IMG/VR virus record: IMGVR_UViG_3300035053_000478
Location: 1-34,887 of that record
Length of the DNA: 34,887 nt
Source of the DNA: a virus
Lineage: Duplodnaviria; Caudoviricetes
Reading direction: 5' to 3' (one strand)
Position numbers and translations under genes: made by a program. The notes beneath the pieces are model-generated. The model searched no databases. It worked only from the letters and a program-made list of their open reading frames with translations, and had not been told where the DNA came from. Below are positions 8,496 to 17,758 of the stretch, piece by piece; positions within the stretch are counted from its first letter, which is position 1, and the number at the start of each line of letters is the position of its first letter.

Positions 8496-8676
8496 CTTCA
8501 CTCTGGCGATTTTCTTCACCGCCATAAAGCCTTTATTTATAAGGGTTTTCTTAAATTCGTCCATATCGGAGTGAAGCTGGTGAAGCATTTTGCCATAACG
8601 CATGTAGAAAAAATTCTTTTTTATATATGCCTATAGGCTTTTAGGGAAAAACCCTTCACTTGCTTCACTGCTTCAC
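8496..8676. repeat. CTTCAC/GTGAAG iteron-like repeats; putative replication origin
   Basis: CTTCAC at 8496, 8514, 8654, 8663, 8671 and inverted GTGAAG at 8571, 8580, separated by AT-rich tracts, directly downstream of the primase gene. Confidence 0.6.
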
Positions 8677-8689
8677 CGCAGGAGGATTT

Positions 8690-9007
8690 ATGGATAAGCA
8701 CGAACAATTCAAACGCCTGTACAAGAAGTTTGTGGATGGCACCCGCTGGCTGAACCAGAAGATAGAAGACGGTACGGTTACTGATCAGGACAGGGATGAT
8801 TTTAATCGATTGGTTGTTGAACCAATGGACGTGCTGTGGGCTACGTTTACGGATGAAGAAAAACAGAGCTGGGATACGGTTAAGTACGCAGTTGAGCTGT
8901 TTGAAGGAACGATTGTTCTTGAGGAAGAAGAACAGCGTAAACGCCAGCTTGAACAGAAAAAGAAAGGAAAGAAGAAACGATGGAAAAGTTATTTCCGACG
9001 ATATTAA
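8690..9007 (+). CDS. Hypothetical protein with basic C-terminus
   Basis: AGGAGG RBS before ATG 8690. Confidence 0.75.
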   Translation: MDKHEQFKRLYKKFVDGTRWLNQKIEDGTVTDQDRDDFNRLVVEPMDVLWATFTDEEKQSWDTVKYAVELFEGTIVLEEEEQRKRQLEQKKKGKKKRWKSYFRRY

Positions 9008-9114
9008 TTATTCTCGATCTTGCCGCAAGTGCTGTCTATGCCTGTCAGGGTGATGTGAGGCACGCTGTTTACTGGATATCGGCAGGGGTGTTGACGATAT
9101 GCGTCACGTTTTAA
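8980..9114 (+). CDS. Small membrane protein (44 aa), absent from the ORF track
   Basis: MEKLFPTILIILDLAASAVYACQGDVRHAVYWISAGVLTICVTF; two hydrophobic segments. Confidence 0.6.
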   Translation: MEKLFPTILIILDLAASAVYACQGDVRHAVYWISAGVLTICVTF

Positions 9115-9131
9115 TCGCACATGATAATTGC

Positions 9132-9174
9132 GGGTCCTTCCCGGGGGGCGTTTGCCGAGGGTCGGGCGAGGCGC
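9132..9174 (+). other. Putative cos site (cosQ/cosN-like)
   Basis: GGGTCCT (identical to lambda cosQ) followed ~20 nt later by GC-rich GGGTCGGGCGAGGCGC, upstream of the gpNu1/gpA-type terminase operon. Confidence 0.5.
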
Positions 9175-9321
9175 ATTTTGTCAGTGATGTTAAAAATATT
9201 TTTCGTGTCGTGTTCGTAACGCATTACGGCATAGATTTTCTATCAGGCTGGCGCACATTGGCGAAAAGGTTTGATTTTATTGGAGTTATAAAGACGTTTT
9301 TTAAACCATAAGGAGGAAGAA

Positions 9322-10620
9322 ATGGCAGAAATTAAAGTAAAACCCGACATTTGTGATGTCGCCCTGTCGGCTATTCAACCGGCACCGTATAACCCGAGGG
9401 AGATTTCAGATGAAGCGTTGACCGGCCTTCGGCAGTCACTGGAGCGGTTCGGCATGGTGGATTTGCTGGTAGTCAATAAACGCAACATGCGGATCATTTC
9501 AGGACACCAGCGTTACAAGATTTTGCAGGAAGCGGGTGTTGAGAATGTCACGGTGATTATGGTCGATGTGGACGAGGTTGCCGAGATGGCAATGAATGTC
9601 ACGCTCAATTCTCAGGAGATTGCCGGTACATGGACTAAGGCTCTCATTCCTTTGCTTGAGAAATTACGCATCGAGAATTCTGATTCATATATTGCGCTTC
9701 GCATGAAGGAGCTTCGGGATCAGGTTCGTGAACTTGAAGATGAGAATAAAGGCGCTGGCAAAACACTTCCCGATGATCTTCCGGAACCGCCTAAAGATGT
9801 TATTTCGAAGTACGGTGATTTATGGATTCTCGGAAATCATCGTCTGCTGTGCGGTGATAGCACTAAAGAGGAAGATATCGCAAGACTTATGGACGGCAAT
9901 TTGGCGAGCCTTTTCGCAACGGATCCGCCTTACTGCGTTGATTATACCGGCAAGGATAGACCCAAGGGCGGGCGTGACTGGTCGGATGTTTACAGAGAGA
10001 TAGACATCCCGGATGCAACGGAGTTTATGAAAAGTTTTTATGAAGTTGGTTTGAAATTTATCAAGCCAAATACAGCCCTTTATCTGTGGCATGCTTCAAA
10101 GCGCAGGCGTGAGATTGAGGACGTGTGCAAGCACCATAATATTTTAATCCATCAGCAGATCATCTGGGTTAAGCCGTGCGTGATTCTCACCTACTCATTT
10201 TATTCGTGGAGACATGAACCGTGTTTATTGATGTGGGTTAAGGGGTCGAAACCGCCGTACCGCCCGAAAGATAAATCAGTGGGCAGTGTGTGGACTGTTG
10301 ATTTCGTGCGTCAGGGTGATCCGACAATGCCGGAATACCACAGTGATGTTTGGGAGCTTGACTGGGAAGGCAAAAAGCGGGGGTCAAATGTAGCCGAACA
10401 TCCCACGGTTAAGCCCACAGAGGTTTTCGCAATTCCCATGCGTGTGCATACGCAAGTTGGAGATATTTGTTTTGAACCTTTTTGCGGATCTGGTTCGCAG
10501 ATTATTGCGGCTGAACGATTAAACAGAAGATGTTTTGCAATGGAGCTTGAGCCGTTCTTTGTGGATGTGGCAGTTAAACGCTGGGAAGAATATACAGGCA
10601 AAAAGGCGGTCAAAGCGTAA
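9322..10620 (+). CDS. ParB-N domain + N6/N4 DNA methyltransferase (beta class)
   Basis: PAPYNPR...ISGHQR (ParB); HRLLCGDS, TDPPY (motif IV), HPTVKP, EPFCGSGS (motif I). Confidence 0.92.
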   Translation: MAEIKVKPDICDVALSAIQPAPYNPREISDEALTGLRQSLERFGMVDLLVVNKRNMRIISGHQRYKILQEAGVENVTVIMVDVDEVAEMAMNVTLNSQEIAGTWTKALIPLLEKLRIENSDSYIALRMKELRDQVRELEDENKGAGKTLPDDLPEPPKDVISKYGDLWILGNHRLLCGDSTKEEDIARLMDGNLASLFATDPPYCVDYTGKDRPKGGRDWSDVYREIDIPDATEFMKSFYEVGLKFIKPNTALYLWHASKRRREIEDVCKHHNILIHQQIIWVKPCVILTYSFYSWRHEPCLLMWVKGSKPPYRPKDKSVGSVWTVDFVRQGDPTMPEYHSDVWELDWEGKKRGSNVAEHPTVKPTEVFAIPMRVHTQVGDICFEPFCGSGSQIIAAERLNRRCFAMELEPFFVDVAVKRWEEYTGKKAVKA

Positions 10621-11270
10621 TGGAAGAAGTTAAAGAAAAACAGAATCTGGCTGAGATAGCACGCAAAAAACGTTACCTGCACTTAATCGAAAAAATGCAC
10701 AGCGGGAAACCGCTGTCAAAGCCGGAGATTCGTGAGCTGGAAGAATTTGAAAGCGAACCGCTTGAGGCGACTGTAGTCAAGACCATGGAAGAAGTCGGCA
10801 AGGTTATGGACGTATCCGAACGGACAGTTCAGCGGTGGAAGAAAGACGGTATGCCGGTTACGGCAGAGGGTTATTACGATCTGGACGCAATCAAAGCATG
10901 GCATGACGGCCGTGGAATTGTGGACGGAGAAGAAACAGAGGGCAAGGCGTACTGGGATGAGAAGATCAGAAAGTACAGGGCGACTTTGCTCGAGCTTGAT
11001 TTAAAGAAAGCAACCGGAGAGCTTGTTTCTCGTGAGGAAGTCGAACGTGGAAGGATCGCCCGCATTATTGCGGTTAAGCGTTCCTTTCTGGCACTGCCGA
11101 CACGTCTTGCGCCGGTTCTTGCGATGAAAGAACCGAGAGAGATCGAGACGCTTTTATATGAAGCGGTTGCGGAGATTATTGATGATTTTGCCGGAGGAGC
11201 GGATGTTAACAAGAAAACAGGACAGAACAATATGGATGCTAACGGAACAGCAGGCGTGGAAACGACCTGA
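10620..11270 (+). CDS. terS: Terminase small subunit (gpNu1-like)
   Basis: Winged HTH VSERTVQRWKKDGMP...YDL; GELVSREEV; LALPTRLAP; precedes TerL. Confidence 0.85.
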   Translation: MEEVKEKQNLAEIARKKRYLHLIEKMHSGKPLSKPEIRELEEFESEPLEATVVKTMEEVGKVMDVSERTVQRWKKDGMPVTAEGYYDLDAIKAWHDGRGIVDGEETEGKAYWDEKIRKYRATLLELDLKKATGELVSREEVERGRIARIIAVKRSFLALPTRLAPVLAMKEPREIETLLYEAVAEIIDDFAGGADVNKKTGQNNMDANGTAGVETT

Positions 11271-13074
11271 GCGTATCAGCGTCAGTCAGTGGGCGGATCA
11301 GTACCGTTATTTAAATCCGGTCACTTCAGCCGAACCGGGCAGGTGGAAAACCGCACGCACGCCCTATTTAAAAGGTGTTATGGATGCGTTCACTGATCCG
11401 GGCGTTGAGGAGATCACGGTGATGGCCGCTTCACAGGTCGGTAAGACCGAAGGCATGTTCAATATGCTCGGTTACATCGTTGATCAAGACCCGGGACCTA
11501 CGCTTATGGTTTTGCCACGTGAGAATGATGCAAAGAGTGTCTCGTATAACCGAGTGCTTCCTATGTTGAAGGGTTCACCCGCTTTGTTGAGTCGGTTGCC
11601 TCAGAATGCGGACGACCTGACAAAGCTGGAATACCGTATGGACAGGATGATTCTTTATTTTGCCGGTTCAAACAGCCCGGCTGATTTAGCGTCACGTCCT
11701 ATACGGTATCTGTTTCTTGATGAGATCGATAAATATCCGAAGTTTTCAGGGCGTGAGGCAGACCCGATCAAGCTGGCGACTGAACGTCAAAAGACTTTCT
11801 GGAATAAAAAGACAGTCAAGGTTTCAACACCGACAACACGTGACGGTTATATCTTCCGTGAATACGAAAAATCAGACCAGCGGAAATTTTATATTCCCTG
11901 CCCGCATTGCGGTTGTTACCAGACGCTTGTATTCGGTCAGATTAAATGGCTGGAAGAAGAAAAATCAGCGGAAAGAATAAAAAACGAACGTCTTGCTTGG
12001 TACGAGTGTGTCCACTGCAACAAGCGCATTGAAGATTATCATAAACCTAAAATGCTTTTGCAGGGCAAATGGGTTGCCAGAGATGAAGATATTGACGAAA
12101 GCGGGCAGATCACCGGTGACGGCGTAAAAAGTAAACACAGAGGATTCTGGATCAATTCCTTGTATTCGCCTTGGTTGACATGGAGTGATGTTGCCTGTGA
12201 GTTTTTAAAGTCAAAAGATTTTATTGAACTGTTGATGAACTTTGTCAACTCATGGCTGGCTGAAGTCTGGGAAGAAAAGATCGAGGAGACCACCGTTGAT
12301 CGTGTGCGCAATCTTGTGTGCGATTACGATCAGGGTATCGTTCCCGATGACGGTATCGTTCTTACAGCAGGTGTTGATGTTCAGAAGGATCATTTTTATT
12401 ACGTTATCCGTGCGTGGGGATATGAAGAACAAAGCTGGCTTGTGCGTTCAGGTAGAGCGGAATACTGGGAAGATTTAGTCGAGATACTTTTTAAAACAGA
12501 GTACCCCAAATATTCAGGCGGTGAGACGCTTCCGGTATACATGACCTGTGTTGATTCAGGGTATCGGACAGATGAGGTTTACGAGTTTTGCAGGCACTGG
12601 CATGATCGTGCGAAAGCGATTAAGGGTCAGGAAGAATTGACAGATGGCAGATTTTACCGTGCTTCAAAGATAGATATCAATTCGAGAACGGGTTCAATTA
12701 TCAAGCACGGTCTTGTGCTGTGGAATCTCAATGTCACGCAGTACAAGGATAAGATCAACCGTCTTGTGGTCAGCAGGGATCCTCATAAGTGGCATCTGTT
12801 TCGTGACCCATCAGAAGATTATCTCAATCAGTTCACGTCAGAACATAAGGTGCTTATCAGAAACCGCAACACCGGCAAGGCAAAAGAAGCATGGCAGAAG
12901 AAACGTTCATCGATCGCCAATCACTACCTTGACGCAGAAGTGTATGCGGTAGCGGCCGCAGATATTATCCGTGCGCTTAATATCCGCAGGGATGAGGTGC
13001 GGGTTCACAAGGATATTCGCAGAGAACATAGCCGTTCAGACTGGATCCGTAGGCGGGAAGGAGCGTGGATCTGA
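11203..13074 (+). CDS. terL: Terminase large subunit (lambda gpA family)
   Basis: SQWAD..R.L, EPGRW..RTPY, ASQVGKTE, FLDEID, VSTPT, CPHC, TAGVDVQ, NHYLDAEVY. GGAGG RBS before ATG 11203. Confidence 0.95.
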   Translation: MLTRKQDRTIWMLTEQQAWKRPERISVSQWADQYRYLNPVTSAEPGRWKTARTPYLKGVMDAFTDPGVEEITVMAASQVGKTEGMFNMLGYIVDQDPGPTLMVLPRENDAKSVSYNRVLPMLKGSPALLSRLPQNADDLTKLEYRMDRMILYFAGSNSPADLASRPIRYLFLDEIDKYPKFSGREADPIKLATERQKTFWNKKTVKVSTPTTRDGYIFREYEKSDQRKFYIPCPHCGCYQTLVFGQIKWLEEEKSAERIKNERLAWYECVHCNKRIEDYHKPKMLLQGKWVARDEDIDESGQITGDGVKSKHRGFWINSLYSPWLTWSDVACEFLKSKDFIELLMNFVNSWLAEVWEEKIEETTVDRVRNLVCDYDQGIVPDDGIVLTAGVDVQKDHFYYVIRAWGYEEQSWLVRSGRAEYWEDLVEILFKTEYPKYSGGETLPVYMTCVDSGYRTDEVYEFCRHWHDRAKAIKGQEELTDGRFYRASKIDINSRTGSIIKHGLVLWNLNVTQYKDKINRLVVSRDPHKWHLFRDPSEDYLNQFTSEHKVLIRNRNTGKAKEAWQKKRSSIANHYLDAEVYAVAAADIIRALNIRRDEVRVHKDIRREHSRSDWIRRREGAWI

Positions 13075-13307
13075 TGGGGGGACGGTGGTTAAACCGGCAC
13101 AAGAACTGGTTGCGGGAAGAAGAATCGCAGACACGTGGTGAACAGCTTGTTGAGCCTGAGGATTACGGTGTGCCGTTTTATCCGCTTAAATGTCCGGGAT
13201 GTAAAAGTAAGAACATTAGATGTTATTCGACGCACTTACCTATTCGGTATCACGTTTGCCGTGACTGCGGAAAGAACTTCAAAAGCGTTGAAGTTGAAGA
13301 AAAATAG
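13074..13307 (+). CDS. Ogr/Delta-like zinc-finger protein (putative late-gene activator)
   Basis: CPGC...RYHVCRDCGKNFKSVE; TGATG coupling to terL; sits just upstream of a promoter. Confidence 0.65.
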   Translation: MGGRWLNRHKNWLREEESQTRGEQLVEPEDYGVPFYPLKCPGCKSKNIRCYSTHLPIRYHVCRDCGKNFKSVEVEEK

Positions 13308-13309
13308 AT

Positions 13310-13362
13310 TTGCTATTTTGTAGTAATGACCCGATTGAAAAAGATACAGGGTTAAGTAAAAT
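13310..13362 (+). promoter_or_regulatory. Putative late promoter with upstream dyad
   Basis: Imperfect palindrome TTGCTA-N5-TAGTAA (13310-13326), then TTGAAA(13335)-N16-TAAAAT(13357). Confidence 0.5.
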
Positions 13363-13424
13363 TTAAAGTAGAGATATTAATAGCGCAGGAGTTGGCCGCT
13401 CCGGGTGCGCCCAATAAAGTTATG

Positions 13425-13467
13425 AAGCCCGTATTCGTTGCAACGAGCGAATGCGGGCTTTTTTATT
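13425..13467 (+). terminator. Intrinsic terminator in the late leader
   Basis: AAGCCCGTATTCG(13425-13437)/CGAATGCGGGCTT(13448-13460) stem followed by TTTTATT. Confidence 0.75.
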
Positions 13468-13489
13468 GGGAAGATTTACAGGAGAAAAA

Positions 13490-13705
13490 ATGAGCGCACC
13501 GACAAAACAGGAAATGCTTGAGAACGTGGAGAACGCAATAAACGCACGCATGAGCGGAGGGGCGGTTCAGTCGTATTCCATCGGCGGGCGCAATTTGCAG
13601 TACATCACGTTATCGGAGCTTATGAAATTAAGAGACAAACTCCGTCAGGAAGTTTCATCTCTGGCGGGTCGCACAGCGTTTGCAAAATTTGAGAGACCGG
13701 TATGA
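13490..13705 (+). CDS. Head completion protein (gpW-like)
   Basis: 71 aa; QSYSIGGRNLQY..LSEL; precedes portal; AGGAG RBS. Confidence 0.8.
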   Translation: MSAPTKQEMLENVENAINARMSGGAVQSYSIGGRNLQYITLSELMKLRDKLRQEVSSLAGRTAFAKFERPV

Positions 13706-15279
13706 GCGTAAAAGAAAAAATATCAAACAGCATAGACGGCGTAGTCAGTTTCTTTTCTCCCAAAGCGGGGTTTAAGAGACGCATGTACCGGGAAGCGATT
13801 GCAGTTTCACAGAAATTTGGATCGTACCGTGGCGCAGACCGCAACCGTATGCGTTCGTCATGGCTTCCGGGTGGTGGTTCTGCGGATGAAGATATTATTC
13901 CCGATCTTCCCGAACTAAGAGAGCGTAGCCGTGATTTAAATCGCAATGACGCTCACGCTTCAGGAATAACCAACACCATGACAACGAATGTTGTCGGCAC
14001 AGGGATAAGACCGCAAAGCCGTGTTGATCGTGAAGTGATCGGATTAAGTCAGAGCAAAATAGATAAATTTCAAAAGAAAGCGGAAACTGCTTGGAAGCTG
14101 TGGTTGCCGTTTGCGGATGCGGGCAACCGCATGGACTTTTACGAAATACAGCAGTTAGTTGACAGGCAGATACTGGAGAACGGCGAAGCAATTGTTATCC
14201 CGGTCATGCTCAAGGACAAAAGCCGTCCTTATTCGATAGCGCTTCAGGTTGTTGAATCAGACCGTCTGGCAACACCACCGGAAAAACGTGGAGACAAGTC
14301 AGTAAGAGCCGGAGTGAAAGTAGGAGCAAACGGAGAGCCGGTTTCGTATTTTATTCAGAAAACACACCCGGGTGATTATCGATTTACACGAGGTGTTGAC
14401 CGGGAGTTTATAGAAATACCTGCACGCAACGAACTTGGACGACAGAATGTGTTTCATCTGTTCCCTGTTCAGCGCTCAGGACAGACCAGAGGGGTTCCGT
14501 TCTTTGCGCCGGTGCTTTCTTATTTCAAGGATTTGGCAGAGTATGCGGAAGCCGAACTTGTTGCCGCACGGATAGCCGCATGTTTTTCGCTGTTTGTGAC
14601 ATCAGAAGCGTCAATGGATATCAATACCGGTTATGCCAAGAACTTTCAGGGGCAGGTTCTGGACTCACTCGAGCCTGGCATGATCAAGTATCTGTTACCC
14701 GGAGAATCTATATCGTCATTTAACCCGCAAAGACCGACCGCAACATTTGAACCTTTTGTTGAACGGATGTTGCGGGCAATTTCGGCGGCTCTGGGGCTTC
14801 CTTACGAGCTTGTCGCAAAAGATTTTTCAAAAACAAATTATTCAAGTGCACGTGCGGCTTTGCTTGAAGCCCGCAGGTATTTCAAGGTCAGGCAGGAATG
14901 GATTGCCAGAAAATTATGCCAGCCTGTCTGGGAGATGGTTCTTGAAGAAGCTTATTTGCGGGGAGATCTGGGCGGGATCAGTTTTTATGATAACAAGCGG
15001 AGCTGGACAAACGCTTCGTGGATTACGCCGGGCTGGGAATGGGTCGATCCGCTTAAAGAAGCCAAAGCCGCAGAAGTCGGGCTTAAGAACGGCATTGTTA
15101 CTCATTCAGATTTATTCTCGGCGCAAGGCAAAGATTGGGAGGAATGCTTTGAGCAAAGAAAAAGAGAACAGGAAAAAATCAAAGAGCTTGGACTCGAGAT
15201 CAGTGGCGAAAGAGGTTCAGGTGATGGTAACGACCCAGATGAGGACGGCACAGAAGATAACAATCGAAGTGAGGAGTGA
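13702..15279 (+). CDS. Portal protein (lambda family)
   Basis: LRERSRDLNRND, NVVGTG, GQTRGVP, NYSSARAALLE, WVDPLKE. Confidence 0.95.
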   Translation: MSVKEKISNSIDGVVSFFSPKAGFKRRMYREAIAVSQKFGSYRGADRNRMRSSWLPGGGSADEDIIPDLPELRERSRDLNRNDAHASGITNTMTTNVVGTGIRPQSRVDREVIGLSQSKIDKFQKKAETAWKLWLPFADAGNRMDFYEIQQLVDRQILENGEAIVIPVMLKDKSRPYSIALQVVESDRLATPPEKRGDKSVRAGVKVGANGEPVSYFIQKTHPGDYRFTRGVDREFIEIPARNELGRQNVFHLFPVQRSGQTRGVPFFAPVLSYFKDLAEYAEAELVAARIAACFSLFVTSEASMDINTGYAKNFQGQVLDSLEPGMIKYLLPGESISSFNPQRPTATFEPFVERMLRAISAALGLPYELVAKDFSKTNYSSARAALLEARRYFKVRQEWIARKLCQPVWEMVLEEAYLRGDLGGISFYDNKRSWTNASWITPGWEWVDPLKEAKAAEVGLKNGIVTHSDLFSAQGKDWEECFEQRKREQEKIKELGLEISGERGSGDGNDPDEDGTEDNNRSEE

Positions 15280-15282
15280 GAA

Positions 15283-16359
15283 ATGAAAAAAGATTTATTC
15301 AGAACAGATATCGCTCGTGCCGGTGATGTCAGAATTGACAGGGACAAAGCGGTCATCCGTGGTTTTGCTGTTGTCAGCAAAGGGTTAACAAAGGACAGCC
15401 GTGGCGAATTTGACGATAGCGCCCTTGATACGGTTGTCGAGCTTGGCAACAGCGCAAAGATTGGTATTAAGTCACGATTCGGTCATCCCAACATGAGCAG
15501 TACGGCGCTCGGTACGTTTCTGGGCAGAGTGAACAATTTCAGGAGAGATGCAGACATTGTCAGAGCGGATTTGCAAATTGATAAGACTGCTTTTGACACA
15601 CCGGACGGCGATCTGGCGGGATATGTTTTAAATCTTGCAGAAAGCGATCCGGAGATGTTCGGAGCGTCAATGGTGATTAACTGGGATCCGGAAGATCGGG
15701 AGGAACTTGACGCAGAGGGCAACAGCTTACCGCCGTTTATCCGGATTACAAAACTTCTGTCGGTTGATGTGGTTGACGATCCGGCCGCTAATGACGGCTT
15801 TTTCGGTATGCCGTTCTTCTCGAAAAGCGTTAAGCCCTCAGCCGAGATGACGGAGTTTTTAGATAAATTCCTTAGCAATCCTGATGCGGTTGAGAAAGCG
15901 GTCGGGTTTCTGAATAGATACAGGGTTAACAAAAAGATATTTGAAAAAACAAATTTTAAACAGGAGGAAAAACGTATGGAATCGATGACATTAGAGCAGT
16001 TTAAAAGTGAGCGTAAAGATCTTTTCGACGCTGTGTTCAAAGAAGGATGTTCTTCAGGAGTACAGCAGGAAAGAGAACGCTCGGTATCAATCCTTAATAA
16101 AGCCAAGGGCTTTGAAGGGATGAACGAGCTTGCGCTTGAAGCGATTGAAAAAGGATTAACGCTTGATCAGGCGGTGATCAATTTTCAAGAGAAGCGTCTG
16201 GAAGACCTTGAGAACGCATCTGCCCCTCAGGTCGGACCCGATGCGGAAGAAGAACCGAAGAAACAGTTAAGTCATTTTGACAGGGCAAAACAATATCAAA
16301 GCGAACACGGCGGAAGCATGACGGATGCTCTCAAGGCAACCGCTGAAAAACGCCAATAA
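15283..16359 (+). CDS. Capsid assembly protein (prohead protease/scaffold)
   Basis: Between portal and capsid genes; SRFGHP, FGAS, SVDVVDDPAA resemble an HK97/assemblin-type protease; helical C-terminal scaffold region. Confidence 0.7.
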   Translation: MKKDLFRTDIARAGDVRIDRDKAVIRGFAVVSKGLTKDSRGEFDDSALDTVVELGNSAKIGIKSRFGHPNMSSTALGTFLGRVNNFRRDADIVRADLQIDKTAFDTPDGDLAGYVLNLAESDPEMFGASMVINWDPEDREELDAEGNSLPPFIRITKLLSVDVVDDPAANDGFFGMPFFSKSVKPSAEMTEFLDKFLSNPDAVEKAVGFLNRYRVNKKIFEKTNFKQEEKRMESMTLEQFKSERKDLFDAVFKEGCSSGVQQERERSVSILNKAKGFEGMNELALEAIEKGLTLDQAVINFQEKRLEDLENASAPQVGPDAEEEPKKQLSHFDRAKQYQSEHGGSMTDALKATAEKRQ

Positions 16360-16372
16360 AAGGAGGAGAAAA

Positions 16373-16726
16373 ATGTCACAGGAAAATTTAGGAGCAAAAG
16401 CATTTACGGCGGGTGAAGACCTTGAGGCATATCGCAGGGTAAAACTCAGCACAGGAAGCGGAAGTCAGGTTGAGTATGCTGATGCCGGAGAGGATTTTAT
16501 CGGTATCACAGCGGGTAAGGTTGCGTCAGGTGATTTTATTACGGTCAAACTGAAAACCAGCGGACGTACGTTCAAGCTGGTAGCGGATGGAGCGATTGAC
16601 GCTGGCGGTGATTTTTACGGAGCGGATGATGGAAAGATAAGCGCAACTGTGAGTGGTTCGGTTATCGGCAAAGCCCTTGAGGCTTCGGCATCTGATCTGG
16701 AAGTTATTGAAGGATTACTGGCATAA
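16373..16726 (+). CDS. Head decoration / capsid cement protein
   Basis: AGGAGG RBS; Gly/Ala-rich, IGKALEA motif; directly before the major capsid gene. Confidence 0.75.
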   Translation: MSQENLGAKAFTAGEDLEAYRRVKLSTGSGSQVEYADAGEDFIGITAGKVASGDFITVKLKTSGRTFKLVADGAIDAGGDFYGADDGKISATVSGSVIGKALEASASDLEVIEGLLA

Positions 16727-16753
16727 ACGAAATAAACATACAGGAGGATTACC

Positions 16754-17716
16754 ATGGGAGTTGATTATTCAGGAGTTAGAGCGACGCCGAGAATGGATTT
16801 GGGTGTTGCGGTTATGGAATATGTGGAGCAGGAGAACGAGTTTATCGGTACTAAAGCGTTACCGCTTTTCAGGACGCAAAAACAGAAATCGGTTTTCCCC
16901 GCTATCACTCGTGAGAGTATTACTCGTGATGCGGATACTAAACGTGCGACCCGGGGAAATTACAACCGTGACGGGTTCAGCGCAAAGGATAAATCGTATA
17001 ACTGTCAGGAACACGGTCTTGAGGGGGCTTTGGATGATAGTGAACGTGCGATGTATCAGAGTGATTTTGATTCTGAGCTTGTAACAACCAAAATCACGAC
17101 CCGCAGAGTATTGCAGGCGCAGGAGAAAAGAATTGCGGACTTGCTGTTTAACACAAGCATGTTCAGCGGTTCGGCTCTCTATACGGATTGTTCTTCAAAT
17201 CCGTGGGATGACATCGCAACTAAAGTGATCAAACAGATCAGGGACGCTAAAGCAAAGATCCGTTCTAATTGCGGGATGTTGCCTAATGCATTGATCATGA
17301 GTTCAACCAATATCGAGCGTCTAAAGGCAAACACAGAGATTGTGGATCTCATTAAGTATACGTCACGGCCTACAGACGCTGAAGTCAGAAAGGCGCTGGC
17401 TGATCTTTTCGGGATTAAATACATCCTTGAAGGAAAGGCGATCCGCAACGCCGCAAAAGAAGGAAAGTCTTTCGTCAGCGGTGATATCTGGAGTGATGAT
17501 TATGCGCTTGTCGCACTCATTGCCGAAGATGGGCAGGATCTTTCCCGACCGGGACTGGGTCGGACGTTTCTCTGGGTTTCAGACAGTCCGGAGAATGCGG
17601 TTGTCGAGCAGTACAGAGCGGAGGAAATCAGGAGCGATGTGTTCCGTGTGCGTCAGCACGTGGATGAAATGATCATCGATCCTTATTTCGCTCACCTTTT
17701 AAAAGTAGATGCGTAA
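16754..17716 (+). CDS. Major capsid protein (lambda gpE-like)
   Basis: 320 aa; position; PNALIMS, LGRTFLW; followed by a terminator. Confidence 0.85.
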   Translation: MGVDYSGVRATPRMDLGVAVMEYVEQENEFIGTKALPLFRTQKQKSVFPAITRESITRDADTKRATRGNYNRDGFSAKDKSYNCQEHGLEGALDDSERAMYQSDFDSELVTTKITTRRVLQAQEKRIADLLFNTSMFSGSALYTDCSSNPWDDIATKVIKQIRDAKAKIRSNCGMLPNALIMSSTNIERLKANTEIVDLIKYTSRPTDAEVRKALADLFGIKYILEGKAIRNAAKEGKSFVSGDIWSDDYALVALIAEDGQDLSRPGLGRTFLWVSDSPENAVVEQYRAEEIRSDVFRVRQHVDEMIIDPYFAHLLKVDA

Positions 17717-17719
17717 ATC

Positions 17720-17750
17720 TGAGGGGGCTTTTATGCCCCCTCATTATTTT
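17720..17750 (+). terminator. Intrinsic terminator after capsid gene
   Basis: TGAGGGGGC/GCCCCCTCA stem followed by TTATTTT. Confidence 0.75.
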
Positions 17751-17758
17751 AAGGAGTT

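Noticed and set aside
8496-8676. Short repeats as a mini-CRISPR array
   Set aside because: Repeats are 6 nt, irregularly spaced and in both orientations.
9099-9311. 70-aa ORF across the cos-like region
   Set aside because: No RBS, overlaps the 44-aa membrane ORF and the likely non-coding packaging site.
15483-16106. Long minus-strand ORFs (also 21086-21622, 30788-31318, 33838-34341) and plus-strand ORFs within int
   Set aside because: Antisense shadows of well-supported genes, with no motifs or RBS.
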